DNA of 38,997 nucleotides from an uncultured Marisediminicola sp. (GTDB lineage Bacteria > Actinomycetota > Actinomycetes > Actinomycetales > Microbacteriaceae): the NCBI GenBank assembly GCA_964244965.1, contig CAXTLO010000001.1, positions 1-38,997 on the forward strand, in the 5' to 3' direction. Position 1 is the stretch's first letter, and every line of letters starts with the position of its first letter. The notes beneath the pieces were generated by a model. That model was not told where the DNA came from. It saw only the letters and a list, made by a program, of their open reading frames with translations, and did not search any database. Below are positions 8,878 through 18,172 of the stretch, piece after piece. The translations under genes and the position numbers were made by a program.

Positions 8878-10095
8878 ATGACTGAATCCGTATCGGCCGC
8901 GCAGGCGCGACGGGTCGCGCTCGCCGCTCAGGGTTTCGCTCGTCCCGCGCCGGAGTCGATCGGTACACGACAGCTGAACACGACGATCGGGCGCCTCGGG
9001 CTCGTGCAGCTGGATTCGGTGAACGTCTTCGAGCGCAGTCACTACCTGCCGCTGTTCGCCCGGCTCGGCGCCTACGACAGAGCCATGCTCGACCGGCTGA
9101 CCTTCTCCCGCGCCGACAGGTACATCGAGTTCTGGGCGCATGAGGCGGCGCTGATCCCCGTCACGTCCTGGCCGCTGTTCCGGTGGCGCATGCAGTACTA
9201 CCGCGACAGGCAGCTGGCGAACTCGGAGCACTGGTCGCACGCGAACTCACGGATGCTCGATTGGCTGCTCGCTGAACTCGCGGCTAAGGGGCCGCTCTCG
9301 GCGCGATCGATCGAGCACGACGCGACCAAGCGCACCGGACCGTGGTGGGGGTGGTCCGACGTGAAGACCGGGCTCGAGGTGCTGTTCGAGCGTGGCGATG
9401 TCGTCAGCGCCGGTCGCACCCGTTTCGAGCGCACCTACGCCCTCCCCGAGCAGGTGCTGCCCGCCGAGATACTGGACCGCGAGGTGACGCGCGCCGACGC
9501 CCATCGCGATCTGGTCGCTCATGCCGCGCGAGCTCACGGCATCGGGACTGCATCCGATCTCGCCGACTACTTCCGGTTGCGGAAGGACGAGACGCTCGCC
9601 GCCATCCGTGACCTCGTCGACGCGGGCGAGCTGATTCCGGTCACCGTGCCGGGCTGGGGCCGCGAAGCGTGGCTGCATCGGGACGCCCGGATGCCCAGGC
9701 GTATCTCGACCGCCGCCCTGCTGTCACCCTTCGATCCGGTGGTGTGGGAGCGGCCGCGGGCGGAGCGGATGTTCGACTTCCACTACCGCATCGAGATCTA
9801 CACGCCGGCGGCGAAGCGGGTCTACGGCTACTACTCGCTGCCGATCCTCCTCGACGAGGCGATCGTCGGTCGGATCGACCTGAAGAGCGACCGGCAGAAC
9901 GGTGTGCTCCGGGTGCAGTCGGCGTGGGCCGAATCCCACGCGCCGACCGAGACACCCGCTCGACTCGCCCCGCTGCTGCGCGCCACAGCGGCGTGGCAGG
10001 GTCTCGACGACATCGAGGTGATGGACCGGGGCACGCTCGTCAGCGACCTGGCCGCCGAGTTGGGGGTTCCGGTGCGCCCGGCGCCGGACCGGTGA
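8878..10095 (+). CDS. HTH_42 winged-helix DNA glycosylase, YcaQ/AlkZ family (interstrand crosslink repair)
   Basis: [24 protein letters not shown] (QxD motif of the YcaQ-like subgroup), [29 protein letters not shown]. Confidence 0.9.
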   Translation: MTESVSAAQARRVALAAQGFARPAPESIGTRQLNTTIGRLGLVQLDSVNVFERSHYLPLFARLGAYDRAMLDRLTFSRADRYIEFWAHEAALIPVTSWPLFRWRMQYYRDRQLANSEHWSHANSRMLDWLLAELAAKGPLSARSIEHDATKRTGPWWGWSDVKTGLEVLFERGDVVSAGRTRFERTYALPEQVLPAEILDREVTRADAHRDLVAHAARAHGIGTASDLADYFRLRKDETLAAIRDLVDAGELIPVTVPGWGREAWLHRDARMPRRISTAALLSPFDPVVWERPRAERMFDFHYRIEIYTPAAKRVYGYYSLPILLDEAIVGRIDLKSDRQNGVLRVQSAWAESHAPTETPARLAPLLRATAAWQGLDDIEVMDRGTLVSDLAAELGVPVRPAPDR

Positions 10096-11650
10096 CCTGA
10101 GCCGCGGCCGTATCGGTCGACCCGGCACCCGCTGCCAGCATCACTGCGAGTTCCCGCTCGACGCGCGCCTGCCGATGCTTGAGCCACAATCCGCCCGCGA
10201 CAAGCACGATGAGTGCGATGTAGCAGACGGCGGCGAACGGTCGTGTGAACAGGGCGCTGAGATCGCCCTGGCTGAGTTGCAGGGCCCGCCGCAGCTGCGC
10301 CTCCGCCATCGGGCCAAGGATGAGTCCGATCACCAGAGGGGCGATCGGGTAGCCGAAGCGCCGGAGGAAGTAGCCGAGGACCCCGATTCCGAGGAGGATG
10401 CCGATGTCCACGACGGAGAAGTTGGTGGCGTAGGCGCCGAGAGCGGCGAAGGTCAGGATACCGGCGTACAGATACGGTCGCGGGATCTGAAGCAGCTTGA
10501 CCCAGATGCCCACGAGCGGCAGGTTGAGCACCAGCAGCATCACGTTGCCGATGTACAGGCTCGCGATGAGCGCCCACACCAGCGGCGCTTGGTTCTCGAA
10601 CAGCTGAGGACCCGGCTGGATGCCATAGGACTGGAAGGCGGAGATGATGATGGCCGCCGTTGCGGTCGTCGGGAGGCCCAGTGTCAGGAGGGGCACCAGC
10701 ACTCCGGCGGCGGCGGCGTTGTTGGCAGCCTCCGGGCCGGCCACCCCCTCGATCGCGCCGCGGCCGAACTGGTCCTTGCGCTTGGAGAGCCTCTTCTCGG
10801 CCCCATAGGAGAGGAAGGTCGCGACGTCCGCTCCCCCCGCCGGGATCGTGCCGATCGGGAAGCCGATCGCGGTGCCGCGCAACCAGGGGCGCCATGACCT
10901 GCGCCAGTCGTCCCGGCTCATCCAGGTGCGCCACCCACGGGTGACGGGGATGAGATCGATGGTGCCGCTGCGCAGACGGGAAGCGACGTAGAAGGTCTCC
11001 CCCACGGCGAAGAGTCCGACAGCGACCAGCACCACGTCGATGCCATCGGCCAGGGGGAGCAGGCCGAAGGTGTACCGCTGCTGCCCGGAGAGGATCTCGG
11101 TGCCGACCAGCCCGCAGAACAAGCCGATGCCGAGCGAGGTGAGTCCGCGCGACACGGACGAGCCGAGGAGAGCGCCGACGGTGATGAAGGCAATGACGAG
11201 CAGGGCCACGTAGTCCGCCGGCGCGAGGTTCACCGCCCAGGCCGCGATGGTCGGGGCGAGGAGGGTCAGGAGGATGGTCGCCACGGTGCCCGCGATGAAC
11301 GATCCGATCGCCGCGGTGGCCAGCGCGGCGGCGCCGCGACCGGCGCGCGCCATCTTGTTGCCCTCGAGCGCCGTGACGATCGAGGCGGACTCGCCAGGCG
11401 TGTTCAGCAGGATGCTGGTGGTCGAGCCGCCGTACATGCCGCCGTAATAGATGCCCGCGAAGGTGATCAGCGCCGCCGTCGGGTCGAGTGTGTAGGTGAG
11501 CGGCAGGAGCAGGGCCACGGTCATCGCCGGCCCGATCCCGGGCAGCACCCCGACCGCGGTTCCGACCAGCACGCCGAGGAAGGCGTAGATCAGGTACTCC
11601 CAGTTGAGCGCCGTCGAGAAGCCCTCGAGCAGCATGCCGAAGTTGTCCAT
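10040..11650 (-). CDS. tctA: Tripartite tricarboxylate transporter large permease TctA
   Basis: [42 protein letters not shown]. Confidence 0.95.
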   Translation of the reverse strand: MDNFGMLLEGFSTALNWEYLIYAFLGVLVGTAVGVLPGIGPAMTVALLLPLTYTLDPTAALITFAGIYYGGMYGGSTTSILLNTPGESASIVTALEGNKMARAGRGAAALATAAIGSFIAGTVATILLTLLAPTIAAWAVNLAPADYVALLVIAFITVGALLGSSVSRGLTSLGIGLFCGLVGTEILSGQQRYTFGLLPLADGIDVVLVAVGLFAVGETFYVASRLRSGTIDLIPVTRGWRTWMSRDDWRRSWRPWLRGTAIGFPIGTIPAGGADVATFLSYGAEKRLSKRKDQFGRGAIEGVAGPEAANNAAAAGVLVPLLTLGLPTTATAAIIISAFQSYGIQPGPQLFENQAPLVWALIASLYIGNVMLLVLNLPLVGIWVKLLQIPRPYLYAGILTFAALGAYATNFSVVDIGILLGIGVLGYFLRRFGYPIAPLVIGLILGPMAEAQLRRALQLSQGDLSALFTRPFAAVCYIALIVLVAGGLWLKHRQARVERELAVMLAAGAGSTDTAAAQVTGPAPGAPEPPTRRPGR

Positions 11651-11665
11651 CGGGGTTCCTTCGAA

Positions 11666-12223
11666 TCAGAGGAGCGGTTCGAGCCAGGAGAGCAACGGGC
11701 CCAGTGGGAGCGAGAGGCCCAGCAGCACGCCGAACACCAGCTGGATGACCGCCCCGAGGGCGACGCCGACCAGCAGGGCGACCCACCAGCGCTTCGCTCC
11801 CAGCGACCACGCGACTCCGCCGAACAGCACCGCCGCGGCGAGCGGCCAGCCGATGAGCCCGATCAGCACGATATGTGCGACGACGAAGGCGGTGAGCTTG
11901 GCGAGCGTCATCCAGTCGGTACGGGCGTTCGGATCGATGTCCTCGCCCTCCTCCTGCGCGCCGAGCCGACCACGCAGCACGTCGACGAGCACCATGGCGG
12001 CCGCGGCGATGAGGATGCCGCTGACGAGGAAGGGGAACACGCGCGGACCCACGGCACTCGCGGTACCCGGCACCCGGATGGCGAAGGCACCCACGAGCAC
12101 GAACACCCCGAGGGCGAGGGCGAGGGCGGCGAAGATCAACTCGCCGATCCGCCGCCCACGCTCGCGCCGATCCTCGGGGGTCGTCAGGATCGGTGCGCTC
12201 GACGACCCGGTGCTGCCGCTCAC
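11666..12223 (-). CDS. tctB: Tripartite tricarboxylate transporter small permease TctB
   Basis: About 4 TMs, VGPRVFP and C-terminal LGLSLP; lies between tctC and tctA. Start is approximate. Confidence 0.85.
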   Translation of the reverse strand: MSGSTGSSSAPILTTPEDRRERGRRIGELIFAALALALGVFVLVGAFAIRVPGTASAVGPRVFPFLVSGILIAAAAMVLVDVLRGRLGAQEEGEDIDPNARTDWMTLAKLTAFVVAHIVLIGLIGWPLAAAVLFGGVAWSLGAKRWWVALLVGVALGAVIQLVFGVLLGLSLPLGPLLSWLEPLL

Positions 12224-12230
12224 GCTCGGC

Positions 12231-13250
12231 TCACTCGACGAGGCCGATGTTCTGCAGCGTGACCTGCACCTCGGCGATGTTCGAGTCGAGGTAGTCGGTG
12301 AATTCCGTGCCGGTGAGGAACGCGTCGTTCCAGCCACGGGTCTCCATCTCCTGCTGCCAGGCGTCGGTGTCGTGCAGCTCCGTGACGAGGTCGGTGAGCG
12401 CCTGAGCATCCGCGTCGGAGATATCGGTCGGGGCGAGCAGCCCGCGCCAGTTGGTCAGCACCACGTCGTATCCGGATTCGGTGATGGTGGGCGTGTCCGG
12501 CAGGAGTTCGGAGGTCTCCTCCGACGACACGGCGAGCGCGCGCATCGACCCGTCCTCGATGTACTGCACGAACTCCCCGATACCGGAGATTCCCGCCGAG
12601 GCGTTGTTGCCGAGCAGGAGGCTCACGGCCTCCCCTCCGCCAGAGTTCGGGATGTAGTTGAGGCTCGTTGCGATCTCCTCGCCGGAGAGTCCGGCCTCCT
12701 CCAGCATGAGGCCGGCGAGGATGTGATCGGCTCCGCCTGCGGAACCGCCCGTCACCGTCACGTCCTGCCCGTTCTCGACGATGTCGTCGACCAGGTCCTC
12801 GAGCGTGTCGTAGTCGGATTCGGCGGGCACCACGACAACCAGGGGTTCATCGGTCAGGCGAGCGATGGGAGTGGTGTCCTCCATGCGGTTGGCGCCCTCG
12901 TTGGTCTCGACGGCCCCGACCATGACGAGGCCGGTGACCATCAGCGTGTGCGGGTCACTCTCGGTTGCGAGCGAGGCGAGGCCCACGTTGCCTCCCGCGC
13001 CAGGGACATTCGTCACGGGAGCGGAATCGACCAGTCCCTCGTCGGCCAGGATCTGCGCGAAGGCCCGACCCGTCTGGTCCCACCCGCCGCCAGGATCGGC
13101 CGGCACGACGATCTGGAGGTCGGTCACCTCGGATGCAGCGTCTTCCCCGGCGGATCCGCCTCCGGAATCGCCCCCGGAATCGATCGTGGTGCAGCCGGCG
13201 AGCGCGAGCACGACAGCTCCCGCGAGAAAGGTGGGTCCGAGCAATCGCAT
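12231..13250 (-). CDS. tctC: Tripartite tricarboxylate transporter substrate-binding lipoprotein TctC
   Basis: AGGAGA RBS; lipobox LAGC; PADPGGGWDQTGR, NVPGAGG, GGSAGGADH, NWRG. Confidence 0.93.
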   Translation of the reverse strand: MRLLGPTFLAGAVVLALAGCTTIDSGGDSGGGSAGEDAASEVTDLQIVVPADPGGGWDQTGRAFAQILADEGLVDSAPVTNVPGAGGNVGLASLATESDPHTLMVTGLVMVGAVETNEGANRMEDTTPIARLTDEPLVVVVPAESDYDTLEDLVDDIVENGQDVTVTGGSAGGADHILAGLMLEEAGLSGEEIATSLNYIPNSGGGEAVSLLLGNNASAGISGIGEFVQYIEDGSMRALAVSSEETSELLPDTPTITESGYDVVLTNWRGLLAPTDISDADAQALTDLVTELHDTDAWQQEMETRGWNDAFLTGTEFTDYLDSNIAEVQVTLQNIGLVE

Positions 13251-13428
13251 AATGTCTCCTCGTCGAGCGCCCGCGTCGGTGCGGACGATCATGCTGTGAC
13301 CTCACCGTACGAACTGCCGCCGGTGAGGGGTAGCTCCGGCGGGCTTCCGTAACTATTGGCCGCTGGATCGGAGCGGAGCGGCGCGGTCCGTTGGTGCGCG
13401 ACGGGCCCGGCCGGTGCACACTGATCAG

Positions 13429-15063
13429 GTGATCCACGCGATGTCGCTGCGAGTCCAGCTCCTGCTTCTGCAGGCACTGATCGTCGGCGTCACCGTGATC
13501 GGCACGGGTGTGGTCGCGGGCGCGCTGCAGGAGCGTCAGCTCCGCGAGGCCTACCTCGACCGGATGATCGGTGTCGCCCAGTCCGTGGCACGTCTCCCCG
13601 CGATCAGCGACGCGTTCGACGAGCCGGACCCGGCGAGCATCGTGCAGCCCATCGCCGAGGTCATCCGCGAGGCGTCGAATGTCACGTACGTCGTGGTCAC
13701 CGACCGCGAGGGCATCCGCTACTCCCACCCGGACCCGTCGAGGATCGGCGAGCTGGTCTCGACCGACCCGTCGGTCCCGCTCTCCGGCGAGACCTACGTC
13801 GGTACGCAGACCGGCACGCTCGGCGAATCGTGGCGGGTGAAGGTGCCGGTCTTCGACGCCGACCGGGCGATCATCGGCACCGTCTCGGTCGGCATCCTCG
13901 AATCCGCGCTGCGCGAGGAGTTCCTCGGCGGCCTCGCCTGGCTGCTGCTGGCCCTGTGCGGCTCCGCCATCGTCGGCTTGTTCGGCTCGGCCTGGGTCAC
14001 GTCGATCATCCGTCGGCGCATCTACCGCCTCGAGCCACGCGAGATCGCCTCACTCGTCGGATCGCGCGAGACCATGCTGCACGGCATGAGCGAGGGGGTC
14101 GTGAACGTCGACGAGGCGGGCCGGATCACGCTGGTCAACGACGCGGCGCTCGGTCTGCTCGGGCTCGACGCGGCAGACCTCGCGGGGAAGCCGGCCAGCG
14201 ACGCGCTGGAGCCGTCCCTCATCGCCGTACTCGAACGCGGCGAGCCTGACGGACAGCTCGTGCTCTCGGGCGAGCGGATCCTGGTCGCCCGCAGCACCGG
14301 CCTCGAACTCGACCGGCGCAGAGTGGGAGCGACGTTGCTCATCCGCGACCACACCGAGCTCCACGCCCTCCTGCGGCAGATGGACGGAGCGCAATCCCTG
14401 ACCGACGGGCTGCGCGCGCAAGCCCACGAGTTCGCCAACAAGCTCCACGTCGTATCCGGTCTGCTCGAGCTCGGTCACATCGACGACGCGCTCGGGTTCA
14501 TCCGCTCCTCCGGCCATGGCGGCGCACTCGACGGCGCGGGCGAGGAGGCCGCGATCGACGATCCCGAACTGGCGGCACTCCTGATGGTCAAGGCGAGCCA
14601 GGCCCGTGAGCTCGGGATGACGTTGGAGATCACCGATTCGAAGGAGGCGGACGCGCACGTGATGACGTCGGATCGGATGAGGAGTGACGTCATCACGGTA
14701 GTGGGGAACCTGGTCGACAACGCGCTCGAGGCATGTGACGCGGGTGATCGCATCGTCATCGACTTCGCAGCCTCGACCGAGAGCCTCGTGATCACCGTCG
14801 ACGACGATGGTCCGGGGATCCCCGCCGAGCAGCTGGACCGCATCTTCATCGAGGGAGTCAGTTCGAAGACGACGGATGATCCGACCGATCGTTCCCGGCG
14901 CACTCACCGACGCGGAATCGGGCTCGCTCTCGTGCGCCGGATCGTGCAGCGACACGGTGGCTCGGTCTCGGCATCCGACTCTGCGCTCGGCGGTGCGCGG
15001 CTCGTCGTTCAGGTGCCACTGCACGAGTCCGCGTCGTCGCGACTCGAGGCCGCGAGCAGATGA
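13429..15063 (+). CDS. CitA/DcuS-family sensor histidine kinase
   Basis: Cache-type sensor (YVVVTD..GIRYSHP, GTLG), PAS domain, RAQAHEFANKLH, GNLVDNA, DDDGPG, GIGL. Start is GTG 13429 (6 nt after CACACT) or ATG 13441. Confidence 0.92.
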   Translation: MIHAMSLRVQLLLLQALIVGVTVIGTGVVAGALQERQLREAYLDRMIGVAQSVARLPAISDAFDEPDPASIVQPIAEVIREASNVTYVVVTDREGIRYSHPDPSRIGELVSTDPSVPLSGETYVGTQTGTLGESWRVKVPVFDADRAIIGTVSVGILESALREEFLGGLAWLLLALCGSAIVGLFGSAWVTSIIRRRIYRLEPREIASLVGSRETMLHGMSEGVVNVDEAGRITLVNDAALGLLGLDAADLAGKPASDALEPSLIAVLERGEPDGQLVLSGERILVARSTGLELDRRRVGATLLIRDHTELHALLRQMDGAQSLTDGLRAQAHEFANKLHVVSGLLELGHIDDALGFIRSSGHGGALDGAGEEAAIDDPELAALLMVKASQARELGMTLEITDSKEADAHVMTSDRMRSDVITVVGNLVDNALEACDAGDRIVIDFAASTESLVITVDDDGPGIPAEQLDRIFIEGVSSKTTDDPTDRSRRTHRRGIGLALVRRIVQRHGGSVSASDSALGGARLVVQVPLHESASSRLEAASR

Positions 15064-15764
15064 CGGATGTGACGACTCTTCCCCCGCTCCGCACCGTCAT
15101 CGTCGACGACGACACGGCGGTCGCCGCTCTGCACGAGCGCTTCGTCGCGGCCCACCCGGGTTTCGTCGCCGTCGCGACGGCGCACAGCGGTCCCGAGGCG
15201 GCGGAGGTCATCGCGGCGACCTGTCCGGATCTGGTGCTGCTCGACTTCTATCTTCCCGGGCTCTCGGGACTCGATCTGCTCAGAGGTCTCCGCGCACAGG
15301 ACGGACGACAACCGGAGGTGATCGCCGTCACGGCCGCTCGTGACGTCGACAGCGTGCGCGAGGCGCGTGCCGCTGGAGTGCGTCACTACCTCGTGAAGCC
15401 CTTCACCGCCGCCGAACTCAGAGCGCGACTCGACGACATCCTGCGCGACCGTCGTCTGCTCGCCGGATCCGACGCGAGCCGCCTCGATCAGGACGCGATC
15501 GACTCCCTGAGGACCGGCACCGTCACGCGTCAGTCGCCCCTGCCGAAAGGACTCAGCGCGGAGACCCTCCGGTCGGTGACCCTGGCGCTCACGCAGGCGC
15601 CCGACTCGACGGCATCCGACCTCGGCACACTGGCCGGCATCTCGCGGGTGAGCTGCCGGCGCTATCTCGAGTACCTGGTCGCCGCTGGTCGAGCCACGCG
15701 CTCGCTCGACTACGCGACCGCCGGCCGCCCATCGAGCCGGTACCGCCCGCTCGCGCAGTCCTGA
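15060..15764 (+). CDS. CitB/DpiA-family response regulator
   Basis: IVDDD, DLVLLDFYLP, VTAA, YLVKPF, LPKGLS..TL, SRVSCRRYLEYL, GRP; ATGA overlap with the kinase. Confidence 0.92.
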   Translation: MTDVTTLPPLRTVIVDDDTAVAALHERFVAAHPGFVAVATAHSGPEAAEVIAATCPDLVLLDFYLPGLSGLDLLRGLRAQDGRQPEVIAVTAARDVDSVREARAAGVRHYLVKPFTAAELRARLDDILRDRRLLAGSDASRLDQDAIDSLRTGTVTRQSPLPKGLSAETLRSVTLALTQAPDSTASDLGTLAGISRVSCRRYLEYLVAAGRATRSLDYATAGRPSSRYRPLAQS

Positions 15765-15771
15765 GTCGCGC

Positions 15772-16618
15772 TCAGAAGCCGCGGCTGCTCTCCTCGAGAC
15801 GCCGGATCCGGTCCTGCAGGGGCGGGCCGTGTCGGATCGGAGATCCACATGTGCGCCATGGTCGAGTTCTGCCGCCGCATCGGAGTTCCGAATGCCCCGA
15901 GTTTCCCGAGGGCACTGGCGAGCGCGTCGGGATGCCGCGTGGTGAGCGCTCCGGTGGCATCCGCCAGGTACTCCCGCTGACGGGAGATCGCGGCCTGCAC
16001 CACTCCGGCGACCAGCGGCGCAAGCACCAGGGCGACGAGCCCGAGAATCAGCACGACCGGGTTCTGGTTGCGGTTGCCACGGGAGAAGAACGTGATCCGC
16101 AGCAGGATGTCCGCGATGATCCCCACGGCGACCACGAGACCGAACACCATCGTCGTCACCCGGATGTCGTAGTTCTTCACGTGCCCGAGTTCGTGCGCCA
16201 TGACGCCTTCGAGCTCCGCGTCGTCCATGATCCCGAGCAGCCCGGTGGTCGCTGCGACGACGGCGTGCTCAGGATCGCGACCGGTCGCGAACGCGTTCGG
16301 CGCTGGATCGTCGATCAGGTAGACCTTCGGCATCGGCATGCCCTCGGTGATTGCGAGGTTCTCGACGATGCGGTACAGCCGGGGGTTGTCGATCTTCTCG
16401 ATCGGCTGGGCCCCACTCATGGCGATGGCCTGTCGGCTGGCGAAGAAGTACTGGATGACCGAGTAGATCGCCACTCCGATGAGGGTGCCGATGGTGATCG
16501 TCCAGTTGCCGGGGTCGATGAACACGCTGGCGACGTATCCGAGGCCCGTGATCAGCACGATGAACAGCAGGATGATGAGCACCGTGTTGCGCTTGTTGGC
16601 GGCTATGGCGCGGTACAC
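15772..16618 (-). pseudogene. htpX: HtpX-like M48 zinc metalloprotease, frameshifted near its 3' end
   Basis: PNAFATG, HELGH and SRQREYLADA are intact. After WISDPTRP the frame shifts, and the native-looking end PPLQDRIRRLEESSRGF* lies in another frame (stop 15772). The usual LFSTH segment is absent. The read-through frame ends at 15710. Confidence 0.7.
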
Positions 16619-16630
16619 GCGATCCGAGCT

Positions 16631-17197
16631 CTAGAACTGGACGCGTGGCGGCTCGGCGATCGCCGCGGCATCCGTCACCTCGAAGAAGTCCCGCTCCCCG
16701 AATCCGAGGCGCCGCGCGAACAGGGTGTTCGGGAACTGCTTGACCTTCGTGTTCAGCTCACGAACCCCGCCGTTGTAGAACCGCCTCGACGCCTGGATCT
16801 TGTCTTCGGTATCCACCAGCTCGCCCTGCAGCTGGAGGAAGTTCTGACTGGCCTGCAACTGCGGGTACGCCTCCGCGACGGCGAAGATGCTGCGGAGCGC
16901 GGATTGCATGTGATTCTCCGCAGCGGACGCGTCGCCCGGTCCCCGTGCCTGCAGAGTCTCCGCTCTCGCCTGGGTCACCGACTCGAAGACGTTCTTCTCG
17001 TGGGCGGCATACCCTTTGACCGCCTCGATGATGTTGGGAAGCAGGTCGGCTCGGCGCTTGAGCTGCACGGTGATGTCGCTCCATGCCTCATCCACTCGGA
17101 CATTGAGAGCCACGAGCCCGTTGTAGGTCGCCCAGAGGTAGATGCCGATGACCACCGCCAGCAATACGATCACACCGACCACGATCAGGATCTCCAT
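16631..17197 (-). CDS. lemA: LemA family protein
   Basis: N-terminal TM, YNGLV, WSDITVQLKRRADL, AEAYPQL, EDKIQASRRFYN. TATAGT (17204-17209, minus) lies 6 nt before the ATG. Confidence 0.95.
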   Translation of the reverse strand: MEILIVVGVIVLLAVVIGIYLWATYNGLVALNVRVDEAWSDITVQLKRRADLLPNIIEAVKGYAAHEKNVFESVTQARAETLQARGPGDASAAENHMQSALRSIFAVAEAYPQLQASQNFLQLQGELVDTEDKIQASRRFYNGGVRELNTKVKQFPNTLFARRLGFGERDFFEVTDAAAIAEPPRVQF

Positions 17198-17298
17198 GCG
17201 CACACTATAACCACGGTGGTTTCCGGTCCCATGCGCGCTGTCCCCGAAGGTGGCGGCGAATCGTATGAGGCCTCGCCACGAGGTCGCGGGCCCCTGAC

Positions 17299-17330
17299 GA
17301 AACACCCGCGACACACATGGGATGTTGACT
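17299..17330 (+). promoter_or_regulatory. GlnR-like direct repeat plus -10 for the xdh operon
   Basis: GAAAC-acccgc-GACAC-N10-TTGACT. Confidence 0.55.
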
Positions 17331-17368
17331 CGTCAGCGAACCGACAGGTCGGAGAACGGGAGGACAGG

Positions 17369-18172
17369 ATGGATCTCGCCACGGTCTCCACCGTGCGCTC
17401 GCCCGTGTCGCGAGACGACCTCCGACTCGGCGAGTCGGACGCGTTCCTCGGCGGGGGCTCTTGGTTGTACTCCGAGCCGCAGGTGCATCTCACCGGCCTG
17501 GTCGACCTGACCACGCTGGCCTGGCCGGCGCTCACCGTATCCGGTGACTCGCTGTCTGTGGCCGCGACGTGCACCTTCGCCGAGATCGCCGGCTTCCAGG
17601 CGCCGGACGAGTGGTTGTCGCTTCCGCTGTTCCGCCAGTGCTGCACCGCCCTGCTCGGGTCGTTCAAGGTGTGGTCGGTCGCGACGGTGGGCGGGAACAT
17701 CTGCCTCGGTCTGCCGGCAGGACCCATGACGTCACTCGCGGTGGCTCTGGAGGCCGACGCGATCATCTGGAGCCCGGACGGAACGGATCGGCACGCGGAT
17801 GTCGCCGACCTCGTCGTCGGTGTGCAGTCGACCTCGCTGCGGCACGGGGAGCTGCTCCGCTCGCTGGAGTTCCCGGCCCGCACTCTCCGTGCCCGCACCG
17901 GCTACCGTCAGATCGCGTTATCCCCGCTCGGGCGATCGGGGACGCTGGTGATCGCCCGGCTCGACGGCGATGGCACCTTCGTCGTCACCATCACCGCGGG
18001 CACCCCGCGGCCACACCGGCTGAAGTTCGGCGCCGTGCCGACGGCTGCCGAGCTCGAGGAGGCCGTGCGGTCCATCGGCGAGTGGTACGACGATGCCCAC
18101 GGCGCACCGGATTGGCGCGAGGCGATGAGCGTGCTGCTCGCGGAGCAATTGCGGCAGGAGCTGACGCTGTGA
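17369..18172 (+). CDS. Xanthine dehydrogenase / molybdenum hydroxylase FAD-binding subunit
   Basis: GGGAGG RBS; FLGGGSWL, ATVGGNIC, LRHGELLR, DDAHGAPDWR. Confidence 0.9.
   Translation: MDLATVSTVRSPVSRDDLRLGESDAFLGGGSWLYSEPQVHLTGLVDLTTLAWPALTVSGDSLSVAATCTFAEIAGFQAPDEWLSLPLFRQCCTALLGSFKVWSVATVGGNICLGLPAGPMTSLAVALEADAIIWSPDGTDRHADVADLVVGVQSTSLRHGELLRSLEFPARTLRARTGYRQIALSPLGRSGTLVIARLDGDGTFVVTITAGTPRPHRLKFGAVPTAAELEEAVRSIGEWYDDAHGAPDWREAMSVLLAEQLRQELTL

Noticed and set aside
2759-13352. Long Arg/Pro-rich ORFs such as 2759-4645 (-), 9831-11810 (-) and 11604-13352 (+)
   Set aside because: They overlap well-supported genes in other frames or strands and carry no recognisable motifs.
13251-13428. 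CitB binding repeats in the tctC-kinase intergenic region
   Set aside because: Such sites are expected biologically, but I could not find a convincing regularly spaced repeat.
17569-18168. N-terminal extension giving a 1109-aa XDH subunit
   Set aside because: Arg/Gly-rich off-frame overlap with the FAD-subunit gene; recognisable sequence starts at GTG 18169.
15851-18172. 773-aa ORF on the + strand
   Set aside because: Only 17369-18172 (SD plus FAD-subunit motifs) looks real; the rest is an antisense shadow of htpX and lemA.
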